Below, one piece after another: positions 9,794-19,775 of a DNA stretch of 64,000 nucleotides (position 1 is the stretch's first letter; every line of letters begins with the position of its first letter). A model generated the notes under the pieces. It worked only from the letters and a program-made list of their open reading frames with translations, did no database searches and was not told the origin of the DNA. The translations under genes were made by a program, and so were the position numbers. Source of the DNA: an uncultured cyanobacterium (GTDB lineage: Bacteria > Cyanobacteriota > Cyanobacteriia > Cyanobacteriales > Nostocaceae); assembly GCA_963740315.1 (NCBI GenBank), contig CAVUDP010000002.1:1248001-1312000 (forward strand). The letters run 5' to 3'.

Positions 9794-10342
9794 CTAAAAC
9801 GGGATGTCATCTTCGGGGATGTCTTCTTCAACCATCGCAGGATAAGTACTAGGTTCGTATGTCGGTTGGGGTGCGGGTTGCGGTTGCCTAATATTATCGG
9901 GTGCGGCGTTAACTTTATTTCTTGGGGGAGCAGTCGCAGCTACGGGAACGGGATTTACCGGAGGTGCTTGAGGTGTCGCGACGGGAATTGTTTGGGTTGG
10001 TTGTGCCTGCATGGGCTGCATCGGAATGGTGTCGAAACCTGCGCCAATATGCTGAATTTGCTGCACTGTCATTTCTGCACGCTTCTCTTTGAAACCTTCG
10101 GGGCGATCGATGGTATTCATAGCCAAACGCCCGATCAAAATAACGCGATCGCCAATATGATAGTTTTGTTGAATTTCTTTGGCTAAGTTTCCCCAACCGA
10201 TCGCTTTTAAGTTGGCTGGAGGATCGCTATCTCGTGTTCCCCAAAACTGTACCAGCATTTCTGTAATTTCTAGCTGATTGTCTGCCGTATACCGCAGTTC
10301 GGGTTCTTGTATTATTTCTGCCATCAATACGCAACTGTTCAT
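9794..10342 (-). CDS. ssb: Cyanobacterial single-stranded DNA-binding protein
   Basis: OB-fold N-terminus (PELRYT..GWGNLA..GRL), P/Q-rich linker, acidic DDIPF tail. Confidence 0.85.
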   Translation of the reverse strand: MNSCVLMAEIIQEPELRYTADNQLEITEMLVQFWGTRDSDPPANLKAIGWGNLAKEIQQNYHIGDRVILIGRLAMNTIDRPEGFKEKRAEMTVQQIQHIGAGFDTIPMQPMQAQPTQTIPVATPQAPPVNPVPVAATAPPRNKVNAAPDNIRQPQPAPQPTYEPSTYPAMVEEDIPEDDIPF

Positions 10343-10568
10343 TTAATTCTCCTGAATGTAGTAAGTTGTCAGTAGGAAATAAGATTTTTAATTATGCTTG
10401 CGTAGTTTACATTTATGTTTAAGTTTTGCTTGTTTTTCAAACTTTCTTAACGAAAAAATCTGTTGATATCACCACGCAAGCTATTTCTATAATAAAAGCC
10501 AAGCCAAAGTTACGAACAGCTATTATCGACCATTCGGTAACTTTGACTGACTGCTGATTCTGCTAATC

Positions 10569-10582
10569 AGTACTATTGTACC
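10569..10582. promoter_or_regulatory. Cyanobacterial LexA box between ssb and ABC ATPase
   Basis: AGTACTATTGTACC matches RGTACNNNDGTWCB. Confidence 0.65.
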
Positions 10583-10730
10583 ATTGTAGGGAAATTTATC
10601 CGCAACGATTTATTTATGAGTCTATTTACTTTCTTTTAACAAATCAAAGCTGTATTATTAGCGCAAAACGCTCTGCCACCGCAGAATGTTGGTATCAAGA
10701 ATCGAAAAGTATCGAAGTACGGAAGGACTC

Positions 10731-12059
10731 GTGGCGCAAGTTGTTTTAGAAAACGTTTACAAGAGTTTTCCTACCCATAAAGGTGAAATTGTTGCATCGA
10801 ATAATACTCATCGCCCTGAAAGCGTGAATGTATTGCGGCGAATTAGTCTCACTGTAGAAGATGGGGAATTTATGGTACTGGTGGGACCTTCTGGTTGTGG
10901 AAAAAGTACTTTACTGCGGTTGATTGCAGGTTTAGAGGATATTACGGGAGGTAATATCTGGGTAGGAAATAATCTTGTAAACTACCTTCCGCCTTCGCAA
11001 AGAAACATTGCAATGGTGTTTCAAAATTATGCCCTTTATCCCCACATGACGGTGTATGACAACATTGCTTTTGGATTGAGACTGCAAGCAGGAAGGAGAG
11101 AGGGGGAGATAGGGAGATGGGGAGAGAGGGGGAGAGGGGGAAATAGAGAGAAACTACTAAAAATAGCAGAGGATTTATTGGTATCGGTTACGAGAAAGTT
11201 GCCCAAAGGTTTGCGGTACGTTTCGGATCGAGAGCAAGTAGTAGGCGATCGCGTCAGTAATGTAGCTAAGTTGTTGCAAATCGAAGAGTTGTTAAATCGA
11301 TATCCCAAAGAATTATCGGGGGGGCAAAGACAGCGAGTAGCATTAGGAAGGGCGTTAGCGAACAATCCGCAAGTATTTTTGATGGATGAACCGCTTTCTA
11401 ACTTAGATGCAAAATTAAGAACGGCTACCCGCGCTCAAATAGTCAAGCTGCAACGTCAACTAGGTATAACTACAATTTACGTTACCCACGATCGAACAGA
11501 AGCAATGACAATGGGCGATCGCGTAGCAATTCTAAATCGCGGTGAAATAATCCAGGTTGCTCCCCCGTTAGAAATTTATAATCATCCCGCAAACCGTTTC
11601 GTAGCAGAATTTATCGGCTCTCCAGCAATGAATTTTATTGATGTAAAATTTCAGTCGCCATGCTTGATAACTAAAGGCGATTTTCGCTTAACCTTACCAG
11701 AAAATTGGGGTAATGCTTTGCGAAAATACAACGGACGAACCCTAACATTAGGAGTTCGCCCAGAACACTGGAATATAAGCTTACCCGCAACTAAGAATTT
11801 TCCCGCACAAGTAGAATGGATGGAAAATCTCGGTAACGATAATTATTTAGCAGTCAAACTAATTGAAACAAAATTTCAAAGAGAATATTTAGCAACAGAT
11901 GAATTACAAGTAAGAGTAGCCCCAGAAAAACTGGTAAACACGGGAGATAAAGTATGGTTATCCTTAAACCCAGATAAAATTCACTTTTTCGATCCAGAAA
12001 CCGAACTAGCGATATTTCCCAAAAGCAATTCCCCGTCTTTACCGTTTGGGAACAGTTAG
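10731..12059 (+). CDS. MalK-family sugar/osmolyte ABC ATPase
   Basis: GPSGCGKS, MVFQNYALYPHM, LSGGQRQR, DEPLSNLD; probable GTG start at 10731 (ORF open from 10686). Confidence 0.9.
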   Translation: MAQVVLENVYKSFPTHKGEIVASNNTHRPESVNVLRRISLTVEDGEFMVLVGPSGCGKSTLLRLIAGLEDITGGNIWVGNNLVNYLPPSQRNIAMVFQNYALYPHMTVYDNIAFGLRLQAGRREGEIGRWGERGRGGNREKLLKIAEDLLVSVTRKLPKGLRYVSDREQVVGDRVSNVAKLLQIEELLNRYPKELSGGQRQRVALGRALANNPQVFLMDEPLSNLDAKLRTATRAQIVKLQRQLGITTIYVTHDRTEAMTMGDRVAILNRGEIIQVAPPLEIYNHPANRFVAEFIGSPAMNFIDVKFQSPCLITKGDFRLTLPENWGNALRKYNGRTLTLGVRPEHWNISLPATKNFPAQVEWMENLGNDNYLAVKLIETKFQREYLATDELQVRVAPEKLVNTGDKVWLSLNPDKIHFFDPETELAIFPKSNSPSLPFGNS

Positions 12060-12062
12060 CAG

Positions 12063-12263
12063 TGGGAGAGGGAAAGAGGGGGAGATGGGGGGATGGGGAG
12101 ATGGGGGGATGGGGAGATGGGGGGATGGGGAGAGGGGGAGAAAAACTCTTAACTCCAAACTCCATCCGTTGCCAAACTCCATCCGTTGCCAAACTCCATC
12201 CGTTGCCAAACTCCATCCGTTGCCAAACTCCATCCGTTGCCAAACTCCCATGCCCCATGCCCA
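12063..12263. repeat. GGGGAGATG-type tract, ~5 tandem CCAAACTCCATCCGTTG 17-mers, CCCCATG heptamers
   Basis: Directly visible tandem repeats between convergent genes. Confidence 0.85.
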
Positions 12264-12268
12264 ATTCC

Positions 12269-14791
12269 TTAAACTTCCGTTATTTCTTGTTCGGTTTCCA
12301 CAAACTCTTGAACGCGGGCGCGGTATTTTCTTAAGGTTTCGTCTACCCAGTCGCGATCGTTGCTGTTAACGTATAGATGCACTAATGGTTCGCTTGCGTC
12401 TGGTAGCACTAATACCCAACTGTCTTCGTAGGGTTGACAAATTTTCACCCCGTCAATTAATTCCAATTGCTCTTGGGGATGAGTTTCTACTAAGTGACGC
12501 ATTAATGCACCTTTAACCGTCCAAGGACAGCGGGTGGTATAAGTTTTGTGAATAACGCGGGGTAATTCGGAACGGACTGTGGTAAGAGAACGTTCTTGAA
12601 TTGTTAGCATTTCAATCAGCTTGGCAATACAGAACATCGAATCAAATCCCGGATGCAGTGCTGGAACAATAAAGCCCGTGTCGCCACTACCACCTAAAAC
12701 CACATTCGGATTCTTTTGACAAGCTTCCATTAATGCCGTGGAGTTTGCTTTGGTGCGAATCACTTTACCGTCATGACGACGGGCAATTTGTTCTACAGCG
12801 CTAGAAGAATGAACTGGTACGACTACACTTCCTCTGGGGTTGGCAGTTAAAATCATGTCTACCATCAAGGCTGTGAGCATTTCCCCACGAATGGGAATAC
12901 CGGATTCATCAACCAATATCATTTGCTCGCCGTTTGCAGTTACCTGTACGCCAAAGTTAGCTTTGAGTGCTTCAACTACATGACCTAACTGAGTTAACAA
13001 GGCTTCGCGATCGGTTTCTGAGGTGGCGATTTTATTTAAACTGGCATTGAGTACTACCGCATCAGCACCAAATTTATCCAACATCTGCGGTAATACAGCC
13101 CCAGATACTCCATAAACGTAGTCGATTACTACTTTTGCTCGACTGTGGCGGATGGTGTCGATATTTAAGAGATTTTCAAAAGCGCTACAGTAACGATCGA
13201 CTAATTGACTGGGATAGGCAACATTACCTATTTCATCAATTTGCGCCCTTCGCATATCTTCTTTAAAATATGCACCTTCGATTTTCTTTTCTTTGGCTTT
13301 GGGAATATTGATTCCTTTGTTATCCATGAATTCAATCAGGAGATAATCGGCACGGTTGGGATGTACCCGCACGTGAATACCCCCTGCTACGTTCATATTA
13401 GGTATGATGGTACGGGCGATCGGTAAAGCTGTTGCATCCAGGTTTTGAATTTCGATACCTACGGACATCAAACCAGCAATCAATGACCGAGTTACCATGC
13501 GGGAGATAGTCCGCTGATCTCTGGAAACCGTAACTTGGCAACCTGGTTTCAAAGTAGAACCATAAGCAGCACCCAACTTCACGGCAAATTCTGGGGTAAT
13601 ATCAATATTTGCCGATCCTTGCACGCCGCGCTGTCCAAATAGGTTGCGTTGGGCGGTGTTACCCCAAATCAAGTTTATATTTAAGATTGCACCGGACTCA
13701 ATCTTTTTACTGGGCCATACGCGCACGCCGGGACTAATTTGCGCTTCTTCTCCCACCGTGGAAAGCGAACCAACTACCGCTGCTTCCAGTACGTGAGCGC
13801 GACGATCTACACGGGTACCGCGAGAAATTACGCAGGCACTTAATTGAGCTTCATCCCCAACTATTGCCCCATTCCATACTATTGGACGTTTCAAATTGGC
13901 ATCGGCACCAATGGTAACGTTATCTCCAATCACGGTTCCGGCTTCGATCTGGACTCTATGACCTATACGGCAGTTGTCGCCAATTAAAGCTGGTGTTTCA
14001 ATTACCGCTGAAGATTCGATGTGAGTATTTTGACCAACCCACAAGCCGGGAGAAGTTTCTTTATAGGGAAAATCAGCTTTGACTTTACGGTTAAGTACAT
14101 CATACTGAGCTTCGCGGTAAGCATCTAAATGCCCGACATCGCACCAGTAACCGGAAGCAACGTAACCAAACATTGGTTCGCCTTTTTCTAGCAGTAGGGG
14201 GAATAAATCCTTGGAAAAGTCCGATTCTTGGTTGGCTGGGAGATATTCCAAAACTTCGGGTTCTAAAATATAAGCGCCAGTATTAACCGTATCAGAAAAA
14301 ATTTCGCTGGTGGAAGGTTTTTCTAAAAAGCGTTTGATGCTTCCTTCTTCGTCAGTAATAACCACTCCAAATTCAATTGGATTGGGAACGCGGGTCAAAA
14401 TTAAAGTTGCTTTGGATTTTCTTTCTTTGTGATATTTAATTGCTGCTGTTAAGTCAAAATCAGTAATACTATCGCCACTGATTACCAAAAACGTATCATC
14501 TAGCAACTCAGCAATGTTCTTTACACAACCCGCCGTACCTAGAGGCTGGTCTTCTTCCACAGCATAAGTCATCTGTACGCCAAAATCGCTACCATCTTGA
14601 AAGTAGTCTCGCATTGTATCTGGTAAATAATGCAAGGTAGCAATAATTTCTGTAATGTCGTGCCGTTTGAGAAGATTGATAATATGCTCGGCAATTGGTC
14701 GATTGAGGATAGGCACCATTGGTTTGGGTAAGTCACAAGTTAACGGACGAAGCCGCGTTCCGGAACCTCCAGCCATAAGTACTGCTCGCAT
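12269..14791 (-). CDS. Mannose-1-phosphate guanylyltransferase / hexapeptide / phosphomannomutase-like fusion
   Basis: [21 protein letters not shown], hexapeptide repeats, C-terminal PGM/PMM-like region (LFGQRGVQG). Confidence 0.9.
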   Translation of the reverse strand: MRAVLMAGGSGTRLRPLTCDLPKPMVPILNRPIAEHIINLLKRHDITEIIATLHYLPDTMRDYFQDGSDFGVQMTYAVEEDQPLGTAGCVKNIAELLDDTFLVISGDSITDFDLTAAIKYHKERKSKATLILTRVPNPIEFGVVITDEEGSIKRFLEKPSTSEIFSDTVNTGAYILEPEVLEYLPANQESDFSKDLFPLLLEKGEPMFGYVASGYWCDVGHLDAYREAQYDVLNRKVKADFPYKETSPGLWVGQNTHIESSAVIETPALIGDNCRIGHRVQIEAGTVIGDNVTIGADANLKRPIVWNGAIVGDEAQLSACVISRGTRVDRRAHVLEAAVVGSLSTVGEEAQISPGVRVWPSKKIESGAILNINLIWGNTAQRNLFGQRGVQGSANIDITPEFAVKLGAAYGSTLKPGCQVTVSRDQRTISRMVTRSLIAGLMSVGIEIQNLDATALPIARTIIPNMNVAGGIHVRVHPNRADYLLIEFMDNKGINIPKAKEKKIEGAYFKEDMRRAQIDEIGNVAYPSQLVDRYCSAFENLLNIDTIRHSRAKVVIDYVYGVSGAVLPQMLDKFGADAVVLNASLNKIATSETDREALLTQLGHVVEALKANFGVQVTANGEQMILVDESGIPIRGEMLTALMVDMILTANPRGSVVVPVHSSSAVEQIARRHDGKVIRTKANSTALMEACQKNPNVVLGGSGDTGFIVPALHPGFDSMFCIAKLIEMLTIQERSLTTVRSELPRVIHKTYTTRCPWTVKGALMRHLVETHPQEQLELIDGVKICQPYEDSWVLVLPDASEPLVHLYVNSNDRDWVDETLRKYRARVQEFVETEQEITEV

Positions 14792-15121
14792 AAATCCTCC
14801 ATTTTATTGGTTTCTAAGAATCGTAGCTTTACGAATGGTATTGAATTGAATCGATCGCTGATAAGTTACTAAGATGAAAAACTTCCAGCCCTCAATTGAC
14901 GGTCTTTCGTTTGAAAATTAAAGTTATCTCACTCTATATCTAGTTTCCTATGAATGTTGAAATTTAGGGAACTTCCTCAAGATGCATATGGTCATATTCA
15001 GATTATCTATAATTTCGGCGCATCTTAACAAACAAAAGATATTATGGTTTTGATTTAAATTGAATAAGTTGAAAATAAGCTGTTAAAAAAGCGGGTTTTT
15101 TCAAAAAAGCGAGTTTCTATC

Positions 15122-16240
15122 CTAAATCGAGTTAATACTTCCAGCGCGAGATAACCACACATTACGAACATCTTCTGACATTTGAAGTGATTTAAGAAAT
15201 TCTTGCACCGATTCCAATTTCCACTCCAAGGGTGCAATATGCTGTATCGGACATTCACCGATCGCGTAACGAAGAATTGCCTCGCACAACGCCGCAGCTT
15301 CTACAATCGGCTGTGAATCGAGCCAAACTGGAAAAATTCGAGCTTCAAAGGTAAGTTTATCTGGAATGGGATGAATTAAATTTTTTAAGTTAAAGTCACA
15401 GTATTTTGTTAATTCAAGTTTTGCAACCCGCGCTTTTACTTGTTGCCACGGTAATTCTCGAAAGCCTGATTCGTTAACTAATTTTAGTAAAGCTATATCG
15501 TAGTTTCCCAAACGCCGGCATTTAGCGTTAGTTCCTACCAATCTTTTCAGATTTCCCCCATGTGCGTGAAAAACATTAACTAAATTAGCAAACACATTCG
15601 CAGAACATAAAGGTACAGCATCAAAATGGATATGAGTTGCACCTTCAGCGGGGACGGTGAAATTAAGTAGACGTGCTGTTGTTAAAAGAACTTCTAATTT
15701 TTCTAAATGATTTGTATCAATAGGCGGTGAAATTAGCTCGCAGGGGCGTTCTCGTTCTCCCGGTAAAGATGCGGCGATCGCAATGGGATTACCTGTATTA
15801 TCAGCAACCCGCATCATTCCTTCTACTCCCTCTTCTACACGAGTCCCAAATAAATCGGCGATCGGGTGAAGAACTTCAAATTGATTTTTTTCGGCGTTTG
15901 CTTGACAACTTATTAATTGCAAAAATCGGGTATCGTCGCTAACAATCCTATACCATCCCGGTTGCGGTGGCTGCGATTTATTTAGATCATCTTGAAGAGT
16001 TAAATCGTCAACGCATTTAGCAATTAAATTTCCTTGTTTATCGATAACTTCAAAACCCAAAGTCAGATTGTGAAATAAAGGCTTTCCCGGAACGAGGCTG
16101 GGTTCGGATTGGGGATAAAATATCCGACGCACTAAACCATCATTTGCTTGTGCGATCGACTCCGCTAAATCTTTTCTGCTCAATCCGAGTGGTGCTAATA
16201 ATTCAATTTCACAGCCGATTTTCCAATTTAATGTAGACAT
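15122..16240 (-). CDS. Putative amidoligase (COOH-NH2 ligase) family protein
   Basis: IGCEIE, CELISPP, ATHIHFD, TFEARIF motifs. Confidence 0.65.
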   Translation of the reverse strand: MSTLNWKIGCEIELLAPLGLSRKDLAESIAQANDGLVRRIFYPQSEPSLVPGKPLFHNLTLGFEVIDKQGNLIAKCVDDLTLQDDLNKSQPPQPGWYRIVSDDTRFLQLISCQANAEKNQFEVLHPIADLFGTRVEEGVEGMMRVADNTGNPIAIAASLPGERERPCELISPPIDTNHLEKLEVLLTTARLLNFTVPAEGATHIHFDAVPLCSANVFANLVNVFHAHGGNLKRLVGTNAKCRRLGNYDIALLKLVNESGFRELPWQQVKARVAKLELTKYCDFNLKNLIHPIPDKLTFEARIFPVWLDSQPIVEAAALCEAILRYAIGECPIQHIAPLEWKLESVQEFLKSLQMSEDVRNVWLSRAGSINSI

Positions 16241-16257
16241 AAATATAGTTAGTTGTT

Positions 16258-16408
16258 AGAGGTTTGAAAAGTATCTTTTTTAACGCAATTCTCGGATTAT
16301 CCCCCCTTCCCCCCTTACAAAGGGGGGTTAAAGTCCCCCTTTTTTAAGGGGAATTTAGGGGGATCTAAAAGTTGGCGAGTTTTATTTATAACTTGGAAAA
16401 CATCCTCT
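16258..16408. mobile_element. MITE-like element, related to 3832-3956
   Basis: Termini AGAGGTTTGAAAAGT / ACTTGGAAAACATCCTCT; internal CCCCCCTT..AAGGGGGG hairpins. Confidence 0.55.
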
Positions 16409-16486
16409 TAGAGATGATTAAATAAAAAAAAGGTAGGCTATAAGCCCACCACCATAAATCAAGTATCTTGAATAACGAACAAAATT

Positions 16487-17032
16487 TTATCTTTTAGTTC
16501 GTTGCAGCGCTTGTTGAATCACCTCTGGTTGTCCTAAAATTAAATTCTTCTCAATACGTATTTTTGCTTCATAAGGTGAAGAATCACCCCAAAGTTTAGC
16601 CAGCTTTTCAGCGTCATTGTAATTATATGTTGATTCGCCATACAATTCTAAAGAAGGACTAGAACTCTGCATTTTCTGCAAAGCTTTAAATCTTGCATCT
16701 ACAAGAAATTGTTCGAGAATCGCAACATCCGATTTACCCCAAAGAATTTTTCGACCAATTCTAGCCTTGGCTTCGTATGCCGATTGTCCCCAATAATCCC
16801 CAAGTACGCGAGCATCCCAATAATCATATTTACTATTGGAAAAAGCATTTATTTCTCTATTTTTAGTTTGCTTAGCCGATGCCTTGATAAAATCGTTTTG
16901 TTTAAGGCTTAAAGAATTTTTCGGTGAAGCTTGATTGGGTATTTGAGCAGTAACAGCACTAATAGTACTAACTGAACTTAAAACCAATCCCAAAGATAAT
17001 AATAAGACTTTCAAATTACATTTCATCTTCAA
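16487..17032 (-). CDS. Hypothetical exported protein with two internal repeats
   Basis: Signal-like N-terminus; YDYWDARVLGDYWGQSAYEAKARIGRK vs YNYNDAEKLAKLWGDSSPYEAKIRIEKN. Confidence 0.7.
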   Translation of the reverse strand: MKMKCNLKVLLLSLGLVLSSVSTISAVTAQIPNQASPKNSLSLKQNDFIKASAKQTKNREINAFSNSKYDYWDARVLGDYWGQSAYEAKARIGRKILWGKSDVAILEQFLVDARFKALQKMQSSSPSLELYGESTYNYNDAEKLAKLWGDSSPYEAKIRIEKNLILGQPEVIQQALQRTKR

Positions 17033-17359
17033 TTTCTCCTAATTTTTCTAATTTAGATACCAATTTTCGTCGCAATTTTAAATACAACCTGTATAAAAGC
17101 TTTTAGTTAAAAAATCGCTTTCTATTTTTATATACAGCTAGCAACTTAGTAATTTCTGAAAACTACAGAAAGATTTGTTTGTAGTAAGGGCTTTAGCCCT
17201 TTACCAGAAAAGGATGTGCATTCCTCACTACGAACCAACTAAATATGCTATGTAAAAAATAAACTATTTTCAAAAAAAAAGATTCAGCAAGATTGCATAG
17301 TGTTTTTTTTGATATTTTTTTTTAATATTACGAAAATATACTTATTTGTATTACAAAAA

Positions 17360-18574
17360 TCAAGATTTAAAATCTTGCTGTATCCATTCCAAATGCTTAG
17401 GTAATAACTGCGCTAAGTCATACTTTTGTAAAATAGTTTCCCGCGCTTGCTCTCGAATTGAAGACATCTTGTCAGAATTATCAAGTACTTCGAGGACGCG
17501 ATCGCATATTTCCTGGGGTGAAAAGAAATCCACCAACAAACCATTAACATCATCTTCAATTACTTCGGTAACTGGTGCGGTGTTGGAAGCAACTATTAAA
17601 CAACCTGTAGATAAAGCTTCCAACATTGACCAAGATAAAACAAAAGGACGAGTTAAATAAATGTGAACTGAGGAAGCTTGCAATACTTGCAGATATTCAC
17701 CGTAGGGCAGCAAACCTGTAAAATGAACTCTTGTTAAATCTAACGGTACTTTTTCGAGCATTAACTGTTTATAAGTACGATTGTCGGGAAGTTGTTTTCC
17801 GTAAGCAACTCTGTCTTCTCCGACAATTACCGCATGACAAGAGCGTCTTTTTTGTTGAAGCAGCGCAACGGTTTCGATAAACTGCGGAAAACCTCGATAA
17901 GGTTCCATACCCCGCGCAACATAAGTAATAATTTCTTCTACTCCAGACAAGTCTAAATTAATTCGCGGTATAACTAACTTTGCTCCGGGCTTTGGTTGAA
18001 AATAGTTTGTATCGATCCCATCATGAGATACGGTAATTTTACTTTGATATTCACCAGGAAACTGCTGACGCTGCCAATTAGTAGGAGACAAACCGCGATC
18101 GCAACTGTATAAGTCAATTAAAATAGGAGCATTCTTGATCCGAATCCGAGCTTCATCATCGGGATTTAAGGGATCTGTAGGATCGAAATCAGCGTCGGAA
18201 CCATGCGATCGATAAAACCATTCAAAATAACAAAGCAAAGTAGCATTCGGAAAAGCATCTTTAATAAATAATGTCGGACCCCAACCCGAATGACCGTAAA
18301 CTATATCTGGGATAAAACCCCTTTGTTTTAATTCTTCAGCTAAACGATAAACACCTTGTCCTTGAAGAACAGCTTTTTCTAAAGGTTCGACATAGTGGTG
18401 AGTTTCAGGACGAGCTTCTCGACTAGAACTATAAATAGCTTTAAAAACTCCAGGTAGAGAACCTTCACGGCGATTAGTACCAAACAAGACTTGATTATTT
18501 GGATTCTGTGCCAAAGCTACAGCCAAATGACGAAACTGAGCCGGAAAATTAGAATGTAAAAATAAAATACGCAT
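17360..18574 (-). CDS. Family 4 glycosyltransferase
   Basis: HSNFPAQF, GHSGWG, EPYRGF, PFVLSWSMLEA. Confidence 0.88.
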   Translation of the reverse strand: MRILFLHSNFPAQFRHLAVALAQNPNNQVLFGTNRREGSLPGVFKAIYSSSREARPETHHYVEPLEKAVLQGQGVYRLAEELKQRGFIPDIVYGHSGWGPTLFIKDAFPNATLLCYFEWFYRSHGSDADFDPTDPLNPDDEARIRIKNAPILIDLYSCDRGLSPTNWQRQQFPGEYQSKITVSHDGIDTNYFQPKPGAKLVIPRINLDLSGVEEIITYVARGMEPYRGFPQFIETVALLQQKRRSCHAVIVGEDRVAYGKQLPDNRTYKQLMLEKVPLDLTRVHFTGLLPYGEYLQVLQASSVHIYLTRPFVLSWSMLEALSTGCLIVASNTAPVTEVIEDDVNGLLVDFFSPQEICDRVLEVLDNSDKMSSIREQARETILQKYDLAQLLPKHLEWIQQDFKS

Positions 18575-18723
18575 TTTCAGTGAGCAGTGAGCAGTGAGCA
18601 GTGAGCAGTTATCACATGATACGGGCGTATATCAATTGCGTTTCATTCTTCATTGTTAAAATGTTGAATTTCTAAAAAACTTGGTTATTTAAGCACGGTA
18701 TTGTAAACGAAACAAAACTTTAC

Positions 18724-19224
18724 TCAACTTGCATAGGTTCCTTGGAATAAATACCAATTCTTCTTCAATTTTTTCACAGTCATCCTGGGATCAAAAGTTG
18801 GTGTAGTCTTATAAACCAAAAAAATTCGAGAGCCGTATCTGTCAGAACCTTTAAAGTATGTGAAATAAACAGAAACGCCACTTGAATTTTTAGAATAGGT
18901 CGTTTCACCTAACCATGTATTTTCAATCTTGATGTTTTCTTGAACAAATTTATTCACCATCTGTTGCCGAGCAGTAAATGTCATCACAAAGTTGAACTTT
19001 GGAATAGCGAGAAAACAAATATATAATATTATCGCCCCTGTCAGTATCTCTAAACCGTATCTCCACAGCCTATACCTACTGCGTCGAATAAGAATTATCA
19101 AGGATGACACAACCAGAAAACCTATAGTTAAGAGCAGAAGCTGATAAAAGAAAAAAATAAATGTCGCTAGCTGAAAAAGTACGTAAAGAAATATAAATAT
19201 CAAGAATAAGCATAAAGTAAGCAT
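18724..19224 (-). CDS. Hypothetical membrane protein
   Basis: 166-aa ORF with about three hydrophobic segments. Confidence 0.55.
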   Translation of the reverse strand: MLTLCLFLIFIFLYVLFQLATFIFFFYQLLLLTIGFLVVSSLIILIRRSRYRLWRYGLEILTGAIILYICFLAIPKFNFVMTFTARQQMVNKFVQENIKIENTWLGETTYSKNSSGVSVYFTYFKGSDRYGSRIFLVYKTTPTFDPRMTVKKLKKNWYLFQGTYAS

Positions 19225-19395
19225 AAAATAAATAAAAAAGGAGACGGAGTAGGCGCTTGAAGATTTTTAATATTTCCTGTATATAATTTGTTGTTCAAGG
19301 ATAATGATTACTCGTTAAACTTGACAACCGACCTCAAAGTTACTCAACATAAGTACATTTCCGAATATATCATCACTTCCGCCATCAGATACTGA

Positions 19396-19620
19396 CATCA
19401 AATCCCTACAGAAAATGGTTCTTTAGAATCGAGTCAATTCTCTATTGTTGATAATGATGCAGCAGTAGAAAGTAGTAGTGGTTTTATTACCTATAGCTTA
19501 GAAACTGGTAATTTGTTCTATAACCAAAACGGTGCTGAAGAAGGTTTGGGAGATGGAAGTCAATTTGCCACACTCCAAGGTATTCCGCCTTTAGCAGAGA
19601 CAGATTTTATTATTAGTTAG
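19396..19620 (+). pseudogene. Remnant C-terminus of an RTX/Ca-binding secreted protein
   Basis: ..FITYSLETGNLFYNQNGAEEGLGDGSQFATLQGIPPLAETDFIIS*; in-frame TGA at 19393 and no start codon before the conserved part. Confidence 0.65.
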
Positions 19621-19775
19621 GAATAGGTAATTGGTAATAGGTAATTGGTAATAAAGAAAAGTTAGGAGTTAGGAGTTATGAATATAGTGGGAGCGTCTCG
19701 CTCCCTGCTAAATACATTCTTCAGCTTTCACCTTGTCCCCTTCTCCCCTTCTCCCCTTGTCCCCCCATCCCCCCA

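Noticed and set aside
12039..12369. Several 70-136 aa ORFs (also at 23178, 28083-28546, 45660, 59485-59803)
   Set aside because: Translations of simple or duplicated repeats (GDGEM, TTHYSLL)
12269..13700. PMM domain lacking catalytic SHN and DxDxD motifs
   Set aside because: As far as I know a common feature of this cyanobacterial fusion family, not locus-specific
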